DNA of 54,857 nucleotides from a virus. Lineage: Duplodnaviria; Caudoviricetes. The stretch lies in the IMG/VR virus record IMGVR_UViG_3300037635_001739, positions 1-54,857 of that record; one strand, written 5' to 3'. A program made the translations under genes and the position numbers. Positions 54,462 through 54,857 of this stretch are shown in pieces; position 1 is the first letter of the stretch; each line of letters starts with the position of its first letter. The notes beneath the pieces were generated by a model. That model did no database searches, was not told the DNA's origin, and saw nothing but the letters and a program-made list of their open reading frames with translations.

Positions 54462-54533
54462 GCCGGACCCCGGCTGGTTACCTCCGAGGTCAATTAGCTG
54501 AGATCATCCCATCTCACACCAAGGTCCGATGCG

Positions 54534-54686
54534 CTAGACTGAAGCCCAGAACAGATCTTGCTGGTCTGGAGTTAGTCCTTTTAGATTATCCTGACCAAAC
54601 ATATCTTGGCAGATTAGAGTTCTTCGATCCGATTCAGCTATGCCTCGCATAACCTCATCCCATACGTTATAATTTTTTTCGTACAT
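54534..54686 (-). CDS. Small early protein (50 aa)
   Basis: MYEKNYNVWDEVMRGIAESDRRTLICQDMFGQDNLKGLTPDQQDLFWASV*. Confidence 0.6.
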   Translation of the reverse strand: MYEKNYNVWDEVMRGIAESDRRTLICQDMFGQDNLKGLTPDQQDLFWASV

Positions 54687-54687
54687 A

Positions 54688-54792
54688 TTAATTTATTTGT
54701 GTTAGTGAGTTAAGATATTCTACTGCGAGCGCTAGCTCATAGTCATAGTTCAGTGCTTGTGTGTACAGGTACTCTTCATTGTAATTTTTCAT
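54688..54792 (-). CDS. Small early protein (34 aa)
   Basis: MKNYNEEYLYTQALNYDYELALAVEYLNSLTQIN*; abuts the next ORF. Confidence 0.45.
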   Translation of the reverse strand: MKNYNEEYLYTQALNYDYELALAVEYLNSLTQIN

Positions 54793-54857
54793 ATTAGTTT
54801 CGTATTGCGGCAGCTGCTGCAGCTCCCAGGTTAGACATTACTTCATTGATTTTAATT

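Noticed and set aside
54534-54686. Apparent hairpin-rich ncRNA
   Set aside because: The stretch is explained by a 50-aa ORF on the - strand with a normal start context.

Overview
The window is most of a lytic, AT-rich, podovirus-like dsDNA phage genome, probably infecting a marine Bacteroidota (Flavobacteriia) host. The host call is an inference from A-rich translation starts without Shine-Dalgarno sites and from gene content distantly resembling crAss-like/Cellulophaga podophages. The + strand arm (1-35348) is late/structural: Lys-rich small proteins, holin, GroES-like protein, terminase, portal, scaffold, major capsid, two duplicated pairs of tail ring proteins, a tail muzzle protein with PKD and DUF285 repeats, ejection proteins including a 2633-aa polyvalent protein, and an M15 endolysin. 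The - strand arm (35387-54857) holds nucleotide metabolism, replication, recombination, a sigma factor and many small early genes. The arms converge at a bidirectional terminator. Main observations: (1) a thymidylate synthase with the Asn177->Asp specificity switch, flanked by two all-alpha NTP pyrophosphatases, suggesting a cytosine-modification cassette; (2) a giant virion protein with a zincin protease, a sigma-region-2-like segment and an ADP-ribosyltransferase inserted inside a HAD phosphatase, with modules bounded by a recurring QFS motif; (3) two or three non-host-type promoter classes; (4) a 10-bp GYGTATAGCA motif seen 14 times, concentrated in the early arm; (5) an oversized tRNA-like RNA of about 110 nt. 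All assignments come from reading motifs by eye; no database searches were run.
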